Origin: Amoebidium appalachense | Lineage: Eukaryota > Protista > Ichthyosporea | Direction: 5' to 3' | Assembly (NCBI GenBank): GCA_963693365.1 | Contig: CAVNZM010000003.1 | Span: forward strand, 4,225,106-4,289,105 | Length of the DNA: 64,000 bases | Part shown: in pieces, positions 1-48,165 of the stretch | Layout: every line of letters begins with the position of its first letter | Numbering within the stretch: position 1 is the stretch's first letter | Notes under the pieces: generated by a model | What the model was told of the DNA's origin: nothing | Seen by the model: only the letters and a program-made list of their open reading frames with translations | Databases searched by the model: none | Translations under genes and position numbers: made by a program

Positions 1-95
1 TGGGGTCTGCTTATTATGCACACTCTGTGTAATTTGCACTCTGCATGGTGTTGTCCGTTATGGATGTGTACCTCGTACTCGATAACACATTCTAA
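1..95 (+). repeat. Diverged 3' fragment of the poly(C)-embedded element
   Basis: TGGGGTCTGCTTATTATGCA...GTACCTCGTAC...CATTCTAA+Cn. Confidence 0.7.
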
Positions 96-233
96 CCCCC
101 CTCCCCCCTCCCCCCCCCAACGCCCATCCCCCACCCTTGCCCCCCCCCCCCCCCCCCTCCCCCTTCTTCCCCTCCCCCCCTCCCCCCCTCCCCCTTTCCC
201 CCCCCCCCCCCTTTTTTTTTTTTTACTTTCCAG

Positions 234-5216
<4,983 letters not shown>

Positions 5217-5736
5217 CACCGTGATCGGGCCCTAATCTACCGATCCTCCGATAACGCGATCCCGATTGCAAATCAGAATAACTTGCATAAACATATTTTT
5301 TTCCCGCCATACAGTTATTTCCAATAGATTGACCCTTCATGTTATGTGGCCTTTTGATTCATGACAAGCATTTAGTGTGAAGAAATATCTACCGTTGGTT
5401 CAAACATCTAACCATCAGAAACATAAATATGGACAAAAGAGGATTTTCTGATCGACAAACAATCGGATTACTAGTCGCAACGTTAACCTTAAAGGCATTT
5501 TGCCTCTCTATATATAGAGTCTAAGAGATATTGAAGTGACTTAATTGGTTGCAGGTCATATGCTCACGAACACGGCTGGGACGTGTTCAAAGTCTCCGCT
5601 AGGCTAACGCTTTTTAAAGCTGCCAAGGTGCCGGCATTTAGGAAATAAAGCTGAAAGACAGTATACATACGGTGAGTTAATCAGGTATATCTTCAGAAAT
5701 ATTTATAATTTGAGCATCGGTGTACACGCAACGTGC

Positions 5737-5800
<64 letters not shown>

Positions 5801-7013
5801 ACATACGTAGGTACAAGCACAAACTTGTTGCACATGTGTAGCGTGCGAGTGGGCAACAACTTAACGTGGCAGCATGCGCAACCGGAGTTTTCAACCATTT
5901 CAAGTTATCCGCACATAAATGCACACGTGAATAATCATTTTATGATATGTGTGAGGTGCACCAATTCAACACGCTAGTCTAGTGTCTACGTATGTGCACG
6001 TATGTGATCATTAAATTTGCAGACAGTTCAAACCGAGTCTCAGAACACATTACTACATGTACACGCAGTCACACGTGCACAAGCACATGAGCGTGCAAAC
6101 ACATATGCATGGACGCACTCATGTGCACACGCTGACACACATACTCACACGCATACAAACCCATCATATACACACTGCTTTAGGCACATACCTAGCACTA
6201 ATAGATAGGTCTGAAAGTCCATGCCTTGGCCGTTACGTAAACATATACACGGGCATGGAGAATGCGAAAGTTGCTGTCAACCGTTAACATAAGCAAACAA
6301 TTGCCAACAGCTTTAAATTTTATTTAGAAGTAAAACCGAGGCAAGTTATAACACATACGTGTTTTGTATCCTTTCTGATTCTTTGCACCTGGTCCAATTC
6401 GTCATATGTTTCGGTGATATTATACTTGCGAGACACCAGGCCGGGATGTACAGCTCCATAAAAAGAATTACTGCGTGTGACCCTTTTTAACCCACTAAAA
6501 AATCAAATTAAACTTAATTAAATAGTATTTACTTCGGTTTCTCCGCCTATTGTGTTGAATGGCTGTTTCATGTACATGAATAATATGGCCATCACATCTT
6601 TCGTGACTGTGAAGAATAGTTGACCAAATTGGAAACACAAGGCTAGACCAAGGCTGGCACACAAAACACTCTAAAAACAGAAAAAGAACAGGCATGTTCT
6701 ATTGCATATTTTCTATATGTATGTTATTCATATACGTTAACTGCGGTGATTATTCACACATGCAGACCTTAAAGTTTAGATAACATCCACGATCCCTAGG
6801 CCTTCATGCAATATTTCAGAAAAAAATGTTAAGACACGAACTACAGCAGCTGAATACAATTACAGACCGCTAGATTGCCGAAATATCAGGGAATTAACAA
6901 AAAAACACACAAAACACTTGAACCATGGCAAATGGACACACCGACAGACTTTTAGATAACCGAAATTTCATGCAGTCATGACGCCGTGTCCCTTCATGCA
7001 AAATTCAACAACT

Positions 7014-15074
<8,061 letters not shown>

Positions 15075-15339
15075 CTGTGTGTGCAATACAGTAAGCAAAT
15101 AACACTAGTCCCCCCCCCCCCCCCCCCCCCACTGCCCCCCCGCCCCTCTCCTCCTTTCTTCCAGGAAAAATGGGCGGGGAGGGGAGGGGGAGGGGAGTAA
15201 ATAGCAGAGGAAAAAAGAACGACCTAACCCAACTAAAGGAAATGAAAGGAATTAGCTCAGTTGCTCAAAGAATTTGAAGTTTTGTGGTTGCCAAACCCCG
15301 GCGAGGTAAGCACACTACAAGCCTCAACACATCCGTGGC

Positions 15340-15379
<40 letters not shown>

Positions 15380-15705
15380 TATATATATATATCATAAATA
15401 TATGCTTTTTTTTTTGTTGTTTTATAGAAAGTAGGAATAGGGGTCGAGATTATGTGTATAAGCTCCTCGTTGGTATAATATGCAAAACAAACACTATAGC
15501 AAAACCACACATGCCCCGGCCCAGGCACCACAACGGGGTAGAGGATTAATTAAGCAAACATGAGGGAGGTCTTGGTACCGAACTCACCCCATGATGTGTG
15601 TGTGTGTGTGTGTGTGTGGAAGTGTGTTGTGTCTTTGTGTGTCTCTCTGTGTGTGTGGAAGGGGGGGAGGGACGGGGGGGGGAGGGGGGGGGTATTTCTG
15701 CGTGT

Positions 15706-15757
<52 letters not shown>

Positions 15758-15758
15758 T

Positions 15759-15819
<61 letters not shown>

Positions 15820-16610
15820 ATGTCTGTGCTTTTGAGCGTTTGTGCACGCAAGGGCAGGTGGCATGTGTGTATGAGTGTGTGCGAGTGTGTCCAAGGATCT
15901 GTTTTCATCAGAACCATCGTGTTGGGATTCCCTCCCTCCATCGCCCCCCCCACCCCCCTCCCCCCACCCTCCCCTTCCTGCTGCCTCTCTTCCCCACAAT
16001 GGATTCAACCCTTCAAAAATGTGATCACACAGGTAGTTTCACGTGTGCATGAAAATGCAACACTGCACCAGACGTGTACCTGTATACAATAGAGATCATA
16101 AAATGATAAAAGCAAAAAACCAAACGAACAAAACCAACGAAAATCCACTGCAAATTTTCAGGAAGAAAGAAGAGAATCTCGATGAACCCTCCTCCCCCCC
16201 CCCTCCCTTTCCCCCCCGCCCCGCCCCCTGCACCCCCTGTGTAAGGAGGGGGGAAGGGAAGGGGGGGAAAGGCGGGGAACCTGAACAGACGGGAGAGAGG
16301 TTTGGGGCAGGAGAGATGGTGGGGGAAAGGGGAGCGGGCAGGGGGGGGGAGGGGGGAGGGGAGGGGGGGGGGGGCATCCTTCACCCATCCCTACACAGGG
16401 GGAGGGTAAGAGTAAACCACCCCTGCATGTAAGGCTTAGAAGTGGGGTTGTCGCACGTGCTTGTGATGTGAATGCCTCACAAATTGACAAGGGAAAGGAG
16501 CGCACAAGGGGGATGTGATGTAAGATGAGCAGAGGTGCAAGAAAGAGGAAGCGGGAGTAGTAACAGGGCAGCAGGAAGAAACAGTGGTGATGGTGGTGGT
16601 GGTGGTGGTT

Positions 16611-16641
<31 letters not shown>

Positions 16642-17258
16642 AAGGGGGGACATGGGAAAGGAACGAAGAAACGGGAGAGATGGGGGAGGGGAGGGGGGGA
16701 AATTTTGCCTACCCTACAACTACAAGTAGGCCCGCAACTGCGGTTAAAACAAAAGTTACTGTCTGGTCTCTCCCCACTGGGAGATGCTGCAGGAGGGTGT
16801 CCATGGCCGCAGAGTTGAGAAGTCAATGGCTAGATGTTTGCTAAACGTGCTGAATAAAACGAGGAGAGCTTATGTTACGGTGCGTTGAAATCAGTTGAGA
16901 TTCTACTTTTTCTTCATGCACTTATTGTAATGTGTATGTGTAGAATTAAGGCGAAACGATCAGGTGTATGGAGGAAAGGCTACAAGATCATAATGGGAAT
17001 GGGATCAAGGGATAAATAGGTCAATGGCAGGTCGCCCGCATGTCCACTCGCACAGATCCTAGGCGAAGCAAAGCGAACAAGTACGGCAATACAAGGAGTA
17101 TATGCATGCCGTTGGTTCAAGAAGCCATGTTACTGCTGCTCTCTCTCTCATGTCCCAGTTTTCCTTTTTCTAAAGAGTGCACACCGCACCTAACACGTAC
17201 TGACGTGTTGCCGCACGTGCGACGTTATACATCTACTTGAGGCGGCGTCCCTTTTTGC

Positions 17259-17289
<31 letters not shown>

Positions 17290-18979
17290 AAGACACCGCC
17301 TCAGTAGGTGGTAGACACCGCACCAGTGACGTGGAATATCCACACGAAATATTGGTGCAACCCATAAACTATTTTACTGTTAACAAAATAACGCCAATCA
17401 AAACCTATAAGTGTGTGTTTAAACTATCAATGATTTATAACTGAAAAGTTTGTCTTGTATCAAAACGCTTATCATGGTAGGCACACTCTGCTTTCCGGCA
17501 ATACGGCATCATATGGAAACAGCGCGCGCGCGTTTCACCGAAACACACACCCACAGAAAAAAAACGAGACTTCAAAAAATCTCTACCGAGTTTTTGGGAT
17601 ACCGCCAAGAGGGATTCTGTACTAACGCTATGTGTTGAAGCCCCAGCATAGGTGGAGAGAGGTAAATAGCTGCTTGTGCGATGTGCACCTAACCATCAAG
17701 GGCAAGGAATACAAATCTAACGTGTTTCACAAAAATTACGTTTTTGCGGTGTGGGTGAGGACAAACAACGAAAACGCCTTGTTCCAACGAAGTAGAGACA
17801 GCTTCTATAGACGTTGCAATCAAGCGCAATACAGCTCCTACATTCGACTCTGTAATACTTTTTGAAAAATGTTTGAGTTTCCAAACGTTGTGCTGTTCCT
17901 CCCTTCCTCCCTTCCCCCCCTGCCCTCCTCCCCCCCCCCCCCCCCCTCCCCTCCCTCCCTCCCCCCCCCCCCCCCCCCTCCCCACCCACCCGTCGCCGTT
18001 TTGGGTGTTTCTGGTTGGCAATGCATTTTTTAGCACACTTTTACCCCTTCTAATCAAACACAAGGGAGAGGGATACGAAATCATACAAACATCTCACAGA
18101 AGGGTGTCCGCCCTTTAGTCCTTCGTTCCTGGTTGTCATCAGCCCGCCCTGGATCTTCTTTTTGTTTCATGTATTGCACCCTCCTCGTTTCCTACTAATA
18201 AAGCTTGGCTATGGGCCTCTTTTCTCCTCGTTCCTTTTCACCTTATTTACCTTTGCACTGTCCTCCCCCATTCCGTTCCTTTCAACAAGCTCGCCTGCCA
18301 CGTATTTCTGTTTTTCTTTCGCCACTTCTCCCTCCTCACATAGGAAAACCTTGGTCTCTTGTAGTAAGCTTCTTGTGTCTACCAGCGCATCAAAATGTCT
18401 TTCGCATCACAGCCTTTGCTGGGGGACACCAGATTTGTGTTGTTAATTACTAATCCTCTGTGCTGCGTTAACAGGGTCACACAGCTGCTGCCAGACGGGC
18501 ACGCTGGGCTGACTCACCACCAAGGTCCCCCCCCCCCCCCCCCCCCCCGGACCCCCCCCCCCTCCCTATTACCCTGTCACTCTCACCGACACCGCCTCAG
18601 CGCCACCCTTTTGCTTCTCACCCCCTCTGCCCCATGTCCGAGCTTTCTCACTCAGTCATCTCCTGCCCATGTGTAACCTGTGGGCACTTTCTACTTGGCT
18701 TTTGAACAAGGACTTGCTCTACTGAAGACTTCGTTACACTAGATTTGCCAGACTGGAAGATGAGCTGGGGAAGGGGGGGGGGGGGGGGGGGGGGGGGCAG
18801 GCTTACGTCTGCACACAAAACACATGCTTGTACACCACATACACTCATGCGCCTACAGACACGCACTATGGCAAGTGTATACCACACACACCATATTCTC
18901 TTTCGCTCTTGTACACACGCTTGGGGATGCAGGCATGCCATTTTACGTCTTTTTCTACCTGAACGCACTTTCATAAAAG

Positions 18980-19015
<36 letters not shown>

Positions 19016-19249
19016 ACACACACACACAAACAGCCCTTCCCAACCTCCCACACGCTTACTCGCTGCTGCCTACCATTTTCCTGTGTTCTTGGCTATGCCC
19101 ATATCCAACGTAACCTATACCTGTATTTTATTTCGTCGGCGCATTGTCCCCCCCCCCCCCCCCCCCCCCCCTCCCCCAAGTCCTTAGCTGACCCCTTCTC
19201 CCCACTTCGGCTTGCCCTCTTTCCTCTTTACACCTTTCTAGCTCTTGTT

Positions 19250-19282
<33 letters not shown>

Positions 19283-19287
<5 letters not shown>

Positions 19288-19382
19288 GCTCTGCTTATTA
19301 TGCATACTCTTTATGAATGGTTTGCATTCTGCATCGTGTTATCCGTTGTTCTTGTGTACTTCGTATTTTATGACGCATTCAA
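19283..19382 (+). repeat. 5'-truncated subfamily A copy inside a C-run upstream of the NOT4 ATG
   Basis: ATGGGCTCTGCTTATTATGCATACTCTTTATG...GTACTTCGTA...GACGCATTCAA+Cn. Confidence 0.8.
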
Positions 19383-19545
19383 CCCCCCCCCCCCCCCCCA
19401 AAAAAAAAAAAAAACAGCAACGTACACACACACACGCCACCTCTGCTACCCATTCTCTCTCTCCCCCCCCCCCCCCCCCCCTTCCCCCTGCGTTCCCCCC
19501 CCCCCCCCCCCCTCCCCCCACCCCCAACCCACACACCCACCGCGC

Positions 19546-19671
<126 letters not shown>

Positions 19672-19731
19672 GTACCCCTACCCCACCCCATCCTCGACTC
19701 ATTTTTCCTCCCTGTTTTTTACACCACATAG

Positions 19732-40218
<20,487 letters not shown>

Positions 40219-40226
40219 TGCATGTA

Positions 40227-40291
<65 letters not shown>

Positions 40292-40371
40292 CCGGGGGGG
40301 GGGAGGGGGAGGGGGGGGGGGTAGTGACCTGTGTGTGTGTGCGTGTGTCTGTTTCTGCGTGTGTCTGTTTC

Positions 40372-40457
<86 letters not shown>

Positions 40458-41088
40458 CTTATGAGATATGCGATAGATGTCTGTGTGCTTTTGACTTCGG
40501 CCAATCTCACCCGCATTGTGTGTGTTTTCCCAAGTTCAAGCCATATACATCATAAGCACTTGTGCAGATATAACCACCACCAACACCACCACATTCCTTC
40601 TCTTCGTGTAATTTAAAAATCCATGCGTACCCAAGTTACCTCCTGTGACTTTTTGCTAGCGTTGGTGCTTTAGATCGCGCTTAGGCGGGGCCCCTATATA
40701 ACACGTGTATGTGATTGGGCGATTAAAAATGAGGTGTTGATGTTGCCTTGATTGATTGGAGGATGAGATGGATGGATTGGATTGAAAACCCGGATATATA
40801 TACATTCTCCCTTGTCCACTTGTCCATACAAATGCCGTCTGCAACATCTAGAAATCTGTCCTAGCGTGCACTCAAAGTCCCGGTGAATCATACATATTGC
40901 CCACTTGCCCTTTCCCTCTCTTGTTCTTGGACTTGTACACAGGCAGAAATCTACTGTTAGCAATAGATGTTGTGTACATAAACGTCCAACCAAATCCCGT
41001 TGCGATCAGCGCAAGAAATTTGCAAATATTTCCGGTTCTCTCGCTTGGCTGTACATCAGGTGGCTAGAAAAAGTTCCCTCTCTGGAAG

Positions 41089-41241
41089 GGTTAGCTGAGG
41101 GAAGGTGCATTGTGCACGTGTATGGCTCGGAACAAATATAACCATTGCTAGTTCTGTTTGTGCTACATCAACCAAACACACATATCTCTCCGCTCGATGG
41201 ATCCTGAGACATATGTCAATGCATACATCAGTGTTTACCGC

Positions 41242-41272
<31 letters not shown>

Positions 41273-41678
41273 CAAAAAAAACAAAGAAAAACATTTGGGT
41301 TGTGTGAACTGTGTGCTAGGCCCCCATGGGTGTTCGTGCTATGGTCACTGCATGTGCATGTGGATAAAAAGGATCGTGCACACACGTGTGGACATGGGGA
41401 TGGGGGGGGGGGGGGGGGGGGGGGGGTTGTTGTTGGACTAGACAGTAATTGCATTCTTTCATTTTTTTGATTTTTTTTGGGTGGTGGTGTTGGTGATTCG
41501 GTGGGTGGAGATGGGTGGTGCACCGGTGGGTGTGTGGTGTGTGTGTGTGTGTGTTTGTGTTTGTGTTGTTTCTGGGGAGGCGGGGGAGGGGGGATTTACA
41601 TACGAGAATTCATGAATTTATAGTTTATTGACTGAGCCGAGCCATACACGTGCACAATGCACCTTCCCCCAGCTAACC
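41089..41678. repeat. 42-bp inverted repeat pair (41089-41130 / 41637-41678), MITE- or foldback-like
   Basis: GGTTAGCTGAGGGAAGGTGCATTGTGCACGTGTATGGCTCGG and its reverse complement, with one mismatch. Confidence 0.7.
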
Positions 41679-42744
41679 AACTTTCTTCCGAGAACTGTCA
41701 GCCAGGTCAATTTCCGGGTTTGCCTTTTGGCACATATACATAAACACTGATGCTGGCCTGCTTAATTAGGAATCCAACCCCCAGGGCTCCCAACAGCATG
41801 TATCAAGCATGTTTCCATAGCTAATAAGAAAGTTAAGTGGCAACCTGTCCTGGTTAATATATTGGAATTGAATGATCGCGTACCGCTACTAATATTGTAT
41901 AACCGTTCTCGGATTCCGAAGATGAGAACTCGGTAGCTGTTGTGTGATATCATGCGGCGGCACGGGCACAGTCACTGGCTCTGTCCAAAAGGCCTGTGAA
42001 CCTAGTATAGATGTGTGTGCGCACGTGTGTATACTACATTTATGTTGGAGTACGTAAGTCCGTGTGCTAGAATTGCAAGAGCTTTGAAGTACACAATTTT
42101 TACTTGATTTTGTTTGTTTGCTTACATATGTTCACTTCTCCATTGTGACTGCATTTCTCTCTCTCTCCCTTCGTGCCTTCTCTCTGTGTGCGTCTCTCTC
42201 CCTCGTGCCCAATTGCAAGCCCCCCCCCCCCCCCCCCCCCCCTGTTGTAGTACGTAGTATCTACACTAGGTAAGATCTTTTCAGTTTGTGTTGTGTCTTA
42301 GTTCATGTACTTAGTATAAAAGTTACACTCCTATTATGTAAGTGTGGCATCGATCTCTAATATGCTTGTGTACTTGTAATCGTGCACATTGTATCGGCTC
42401 TAATCGTGTGTTGAGATATCGATTAGAATATTGTTATGTGTGTACACGGATCCACCCACTCAGGGAGAGACGTGCACATGTTGTGTGTACGTACTCAAAA
42501 CAGTTTCAAGTACATATACGAATTCAATCCGTTGATTTCGTTAGTCGTGTCCAAACTTCATTGTGTACACTGCTCCGGTTGTTCCCTGTTTCCCTGTCTC
42601 TTGTTCCCGTGTGTTGTGGTGTTTTTACACTGCACCACTGTGTCTCTGCTTTCCCTGTCCGTGTCCGAATACTTAACTCAAATTTCACCCCGTCGTTCTG
42701 ATTCCCCGTCTCGTTCCCTTGCTCCCTCCAACAATGAGTGTTAA

Positions 42745-44180
42745 CGTTTCTACTGTCATAAACCCGGCCATATGATTGCCGACTGCCATGAACCTGGCTG
42801 TCGTGCCTCCAAGAACACCCGTAATCGTCACGGCAAAGACAAGTCTGTCTCGTTTGCCTTCTCGGCATACAATGCCAGCACCGTTCCTATGTCCCCCGAC
42901 CCTGCCTGGGACTCTGGCTGCAACATGACTGTCTGCCCCCACCGTGAGTTCTTCCAGGACCTCACTCCTCTCCCAGCTGCTACCCCCGTTGCTGCTTTCA
43001 ACGGTCAACCGCCGGCGGTCTTGGCCACTCACGTTGGCCATATCATCATTCACACTACCACCATCCACGGCCCTGCCTCTCTTACTATTGAGACCTACTA
43101 CACCCCGTCCGGTGAGGCCTTCCTCGTCTCCACGTCTCAGGCTGCCGAAGAGAACATCAAGGGTGTTTGAATAAGGCATCTACTCCGTCATTTCTCTTCG
43201 ACGTCAACACTGGTCGTCACCTGGTCAACCTCCAACTGCACAACGGCCTTTACTACTTCAAGGACTATTTCATTCAACCACCCCCCCGGACCATGGCTCT
43301 TTCTGCCACTGCTGGCGTTCACACCCGTCCGTCAGGCATCATCGTCTGGGGCATCGTGCCATGTCCAGCATCAAGGAGATGGTGAAGCAAGACCTCGTCA
43401 TTGGACTCCCCCCTTCCATCCTTGACTGTGACGTCCCTGATTGCCACGGCTGCATGATGGGCAAGACCACCAAGGCCCCGTTCAAGGGTGAACGTCCTCA
43501 CTCCGACATCCCCGGCTACGAGTGGCACTGGGACTTCTTTGAAGCTCCCACGACTTCTTACGGTGGCTCCAAGGTTGCTCTCGTCACTGTCTGTCGTGCC
43601 TGTGGCCTCATCAAGATCTACCCGATGGTGGATCGTTAATCCACCCTGGACGTCATCAAGGCCCACACCACCCTCGTGGCTAACCATGCCCCCTCCAAGG
43701 TTGGCATCTACCACTTCGACTCCGGCTCTGAGTTTACCTCCCAGGCCACCCGGGCATTCTACCTCTGTCAGGGCATCAAGGCCAGCTATGCTCTGGTGGA
43801 CAGTCCTCAACTCAACGGCTATGTGAAACGTCGTATGCGGTCCCTCCAGGAAATAGTCCGTTGTCACCTCCACCAAGTCCAGGACCAGTCCCTGTCCCCC
43901 AAGCTGTGGGCTGAAGCTCTTCAGCATGCTGCCTACATTGTCAACATCACCCAGTCCACGGCTGCCAATGGCCGTACCCCGTTTGAGGTCTTCTACGGTG
44001 TCAAGCCCGACGTCTCCGAGCTCAAGGTGTTTGTTTGCCCAGCCTACACTCATGTCCCTGCCTCCAAACGAAACAAGCTGGATCCAACGGTCAAAGTTGG
44101 CATGTACCTTGGTTTTCGACGAATCAGCTTACGTGCCCTCGATGGTCACCCCATCCCTGCAGTCCCCCTCCGTCTCTGAT
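42745..44180 (+). mobile_element. Degenerate Ty1/Copia LTR-retrotransposon fragment (gag knuckle, protease, integrase)
   Basis: FYCHKPGHMIADC knuckle; WDSGCNMTVCPHREFF protease; HHRLGH...CHGCMMGKTTKAPF; integrase core HWD, FDSGSEF, SPQLNG, LWAEA, TPFEVFYGVKPDVSELKVF. Contains in-frame stops and frameshifts; no RT. Confidence 0.88.
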
Positions 44181-44382
44181 GACTCGTCACCCCCCGTCGA
44201 CACCGATGTTGAAGTCTCCCTGGTCGATTCGGAACTCGTCCCTGCTGTTGTGGCCCCTCCCTCCCCACCCCCCACCGGCCCCACTGCTACTTTTCGGCGG
44301 GTCCCTCTCTTTCTTCTTTTATTCCCCCACCTTTTTTTTTTTAATCTTTCTTTATCCCCCCCCCCCCCCCCCCCCTCCCCCC

Positions 44383-44413
<31 letters not shown>

Positions 44414-44699
44414 AATAAAATAAAAAAATGTTGGCCTCTTCAGAGTTTCCTCAAACAGTCAAGAACCTTCATGCCAATTCTCTTTTGAAGCAGCTACAAC
44501 ATTGTTAATAAGCGCAGCAGTATATAGCCTATAGCACAAAAACGTGTTAACACTAAGACAAACAAACACACGTGTGGGCTCTGTTAAACAAAATGATTCA
44601 CGCACGTGCTTGGCAAGTGTGTTATCCCTTTTTTCCTTGGAAATCAATGTATTACTGGATATTTTTGGTATTAGAAAATGTTCGGCACGATGTAATACT

Positions 44700-45887
44700 T
44701 GGAGGAAGACTTTGCAAAACAGTATATAAAAACCACTAACCATCAAAAACACTCACTAACCACGGTTGGGGGAGAGGATATTCCAGCACAGATGGGTCCT
44801 TCTCCTTATTCATTGTGTGCTGTGACGGTGTCAGCAGAGCAAAAGGTGATTCCTGCGCATTCTGGTCGGAGACAATGGGCGTATATCAAAAATCCTCCAG
44901 CGCCCGGCCCTATCGGTTACTTCTGGCCAGCGGAGAATCCAGATAAGTCCCCCACCATACAATCTTCTTCTGTATTGATGCCTCTTGTTTGCAATAGTGA
45001 AATCGAAAAGAATAATGCCATGCAGATTATTGTTAATAACCAACATGATGTGGATGTCACTTTTCCTCGTGTGATCGGATGGTTCCAGCCTATAACATCT
45101 AAATACGAAACAATTACAAACTGTCGAGGTCGATAAAGATCGCTTAGACAAACAGAAGATAGATGAAGCAAACGCGCTGACCACCGAAAATCCTGATAGG
45201 ATAGCACGTGCTAGGCATTTTTTAGGAACACATACAGGGGTGCAAGAGAGAGAGCTCGCCAATCTCTGTCTTGCATTCAAGGTGTGTGGGAGCGCACTTA
45301 CCAGAATGTCAATACAAGTACCACTGATCTGTCGTGTCTCAGTGGTGGTGAAGGAGTCCATGCTGTAGGTAGCTCGGGGGAAAGCATTGGCGATCAGCAT
45401 GAAATTGTAGGTGATACACAAAAGCAGACACCAACCCCCAGCGCTTCGACTCCGGCAGGTTTCGATTGGTCCTTGGTTCCCCCTAGAATGCGCGTTAAGG
45501 TAGAAGAATTACTTAAGAAACATGCTACCTGCTTCATTTCAGGTGACCCAGATGAGTTTAGTCAGATAAAAGGCTTTGAGATAGAGATCGACACTGGAGG
45601 CAGTCCACCGGTGTATATAAAACAATGGCGTTTAGAACAAATCAAAGAGGAGGCAACAAAGAAAATTGCAGAAAAAATGGTCAGGAAAGGACAAATAGAA
45701 CCAACACTGTCAGCATGGTGTCACCCAATTTTTCGGATAAAGAAATCCAATGGTGATTGGCAATTTATATCGGACCTACGAAAATTAAATCAGGTGACCG
45801 TGAAGAAACAGTGGCTGATGCCCAACATCCAGGAATTAATAGATAAAATGGGTAGATGTACGGTGTTAGCCAAGACAGATTTGTCAA
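44700..45887 (+). mobile_element. Truncated Ty3/Gypsy pol fragment (N-terminal part of RT)
   Basis: IEIDTGGSPPVYIKQWRL...GQIEPTLSAWCHPIFRIKKSNGDWQFISDLRKLNQVTVKKQWLMPNIQELIDKM...AKTDLS matches the start of Gypsy RT. It is cut off at ~45888. Confidence 0.8.
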
Positions 45888-46329
45888 TGTAGTGGGTAGC
45901 AGCCAGGGTATATAAAGTAGGGGGGCTCTTGTGCCATCAACAACAACACTTAGCTGGCATCACTGCCGATGTAAGTATATACACTAGAGCTCAGTAGTGT
46001 GCGGGTTGGGGCTAGCTTGAAGCCGTCCATCAACCCACCATCATCATGATCAAATACATACGCAGCACATAGTGACGATACAACACACGTGTCTTCACTC
46101 TGTCAAACTATATGTAGTATACAGTTACTAGCGGATGTTACCATCAGTATATAGCAGTTATGAGGCGGTCTTAGAGGACTTAGTTCGCCACTGGCAATCG
46201 CAAGTCCTTGCGGGGCCCGGTGAACCCATTTCCAATCAACAGAGTGTTGTTTATTAGCCACAAGTTGAACACGTGCGCATGCACTGGCACGTAAACGTCT
46301 GCATTTGCTACTGGTACCCGTACCCTACA
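45888..46329. mobile_element. Possible solo LTR or unrelated insertion interrupting the Gypsy RT
   Basis: Starts TGTAG(T)GGG exactly where the RT breaks, ends CCCTACA and contains TATATAAA. No TSD or second copy seen. Confidence 0.35.
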
Positions 46330-46570
46330 ACTGCATGCCCCCTAATTATAATCCGTAGCCAGCGTTAACCGAGGCTCGTGTCTTTCTTTCTTTCTAGTAA
46401 TTCTGACTGTTTTCTGTTCCTTTTCTTTCTCTCTCTTTTTTTTTTTTTTTTTTTTTTGCCCCTTTAAATATGGATTCTGAAACTTGTGGGGCATGATAAT
46501 GTACACGTACACATGCACTGGGAAACAGCAATAATAGTTTGCATGAACATGTACAAGCACCGTGGAAAGC

Positions 46571-46603
<33 letters not shown>

Positions 46604-46973
46604 CCCCGCCCACACAAACATGTACATGTACACACACACAACCACACCGTGTATACCTCCCCCCCTCCCCCTCCCCTCCCCCCTCCCCAACACACACACA
46701 CACGTCTCTTTTGTAGCTGCACCTTTCTGCACAAAAGCGGGCTTACCACTAGTACTTTGGTTCTTTGTTTAGCCCTTCACCTTCTCTCCTGAAGTGAACC
46801 TCCTATGAGCTTCTATCCGCTGAATCGCCACATTTCTTTCATTTTTGACCCTTGTGATCACCCCCCATCCCCTCCTCCCCTCCCTTATAGCTAAGGCTTC
46901 GAGCTATAACGTTTTCTCCGCGGGCGATAGCTAAGGCTTCAAGCTATAGCGTTTTCTCCGCGGACGGCCTCTT

Positions 46974-47061
<88 letters not shown>

Positions 47062-47091
47062 GGAGGGAGAGAGATGGATAGAGGGACAGAG

Positions 47092-47152
<61 letters not shown>

Positions 47153-47755
47153 GGGAGGGAGAGAGAGAGCGATTGAGAGAGAGAGTGTGAGTAAGAGGGG
47201 GGAAGGGGGCGGGGCCGAGGGGAAAGAGGGAGGGATCTCGTACTCGTTTCAGGCTACACATTCTCTACATCATCCTTTTTATTACATTATTCTATAAAAC
47301 TAAAATACTACATTGTATATCATGTTGGTGGAAACAACAGTACACAACGGCATACCATGTCACGGTGCCCAGCACCGTGGGTCTCAACATGTGTGCGATC
47401 ATGGTTCCTGCCCGTCTGTTGTGGAACTATATAACTTACTTGTTTACTCAACTAGTAACAAGATTATCAAAACAATAGACGAACATCCAAGGACACTGTC
47501 GGCATATATAAAAGCACTGCAGCACTCTTAAAGCAACATGAACAATGATCTCGACATGTAAAAAAAAAAAACAGATACCTCAACATAGTTATCTCAACGT
47601 GAAGAAGAATTTGCTTTAATGATCATGATGCTATATTTAGCAATTCAGCACTAGCAGCTCATGGAGAACAGCCAGTCACCTTGCCACTGCATTTCCGTTT
47701 GGAAAACCAGCCAGCCGAACCCATTCTCCCCCTTGCCTCCTGCCGTCGGCCCAAG

Positions 47756-47826
<71 letters not shown>

Positions 47827-48165
47827 GGGGGGGGGGTATGTGTATGTTTGTGTGTGTGATGCCAAACAGCGTTGGTGGTGGTGAGGACCGGTTAGAACGG
47901 TAGAAAGGCGGGGGGGGGGGGGGGGGGGGGGGGGGGACGATTTGGTGGTTTAGTCTGAGTGCTAGTGTGTCTGTGCAGGCGTTGCCATATAGCTGTGCTA
48001 AAGTACTCGGCCGTGTGCGCAGCCTGTCACTGTGTGTGCAAAAGTATGTGTGATTTTTTTTTTTTTTTTTTTTTTTTTCCTGCCCATTCGAGGTGATAGT
48101 GTATCAATGCGTATTAATTGAAAGACCACCAGAAAGTTAGACAATATCAATGTGTATCATTTCAG

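Noticed and set aside
15228-16830. First coding exon(s) of the P450
   Set aside because: Several candidate segments exist, but none gave a convincing in-frame signal-anchor exon.
42243-42740. 5' LTR of the Copia fragment starting TGTTG
   Set aside because: No second LTR, PBS or TSD could be identified.
47659-47865. Possible exon on the - strand after a (CA)n-CAG acceptor at ~47757
   Set aside because: Short ORF with no recognisable motif and no partner exon found. It may be UTR or non-coding.
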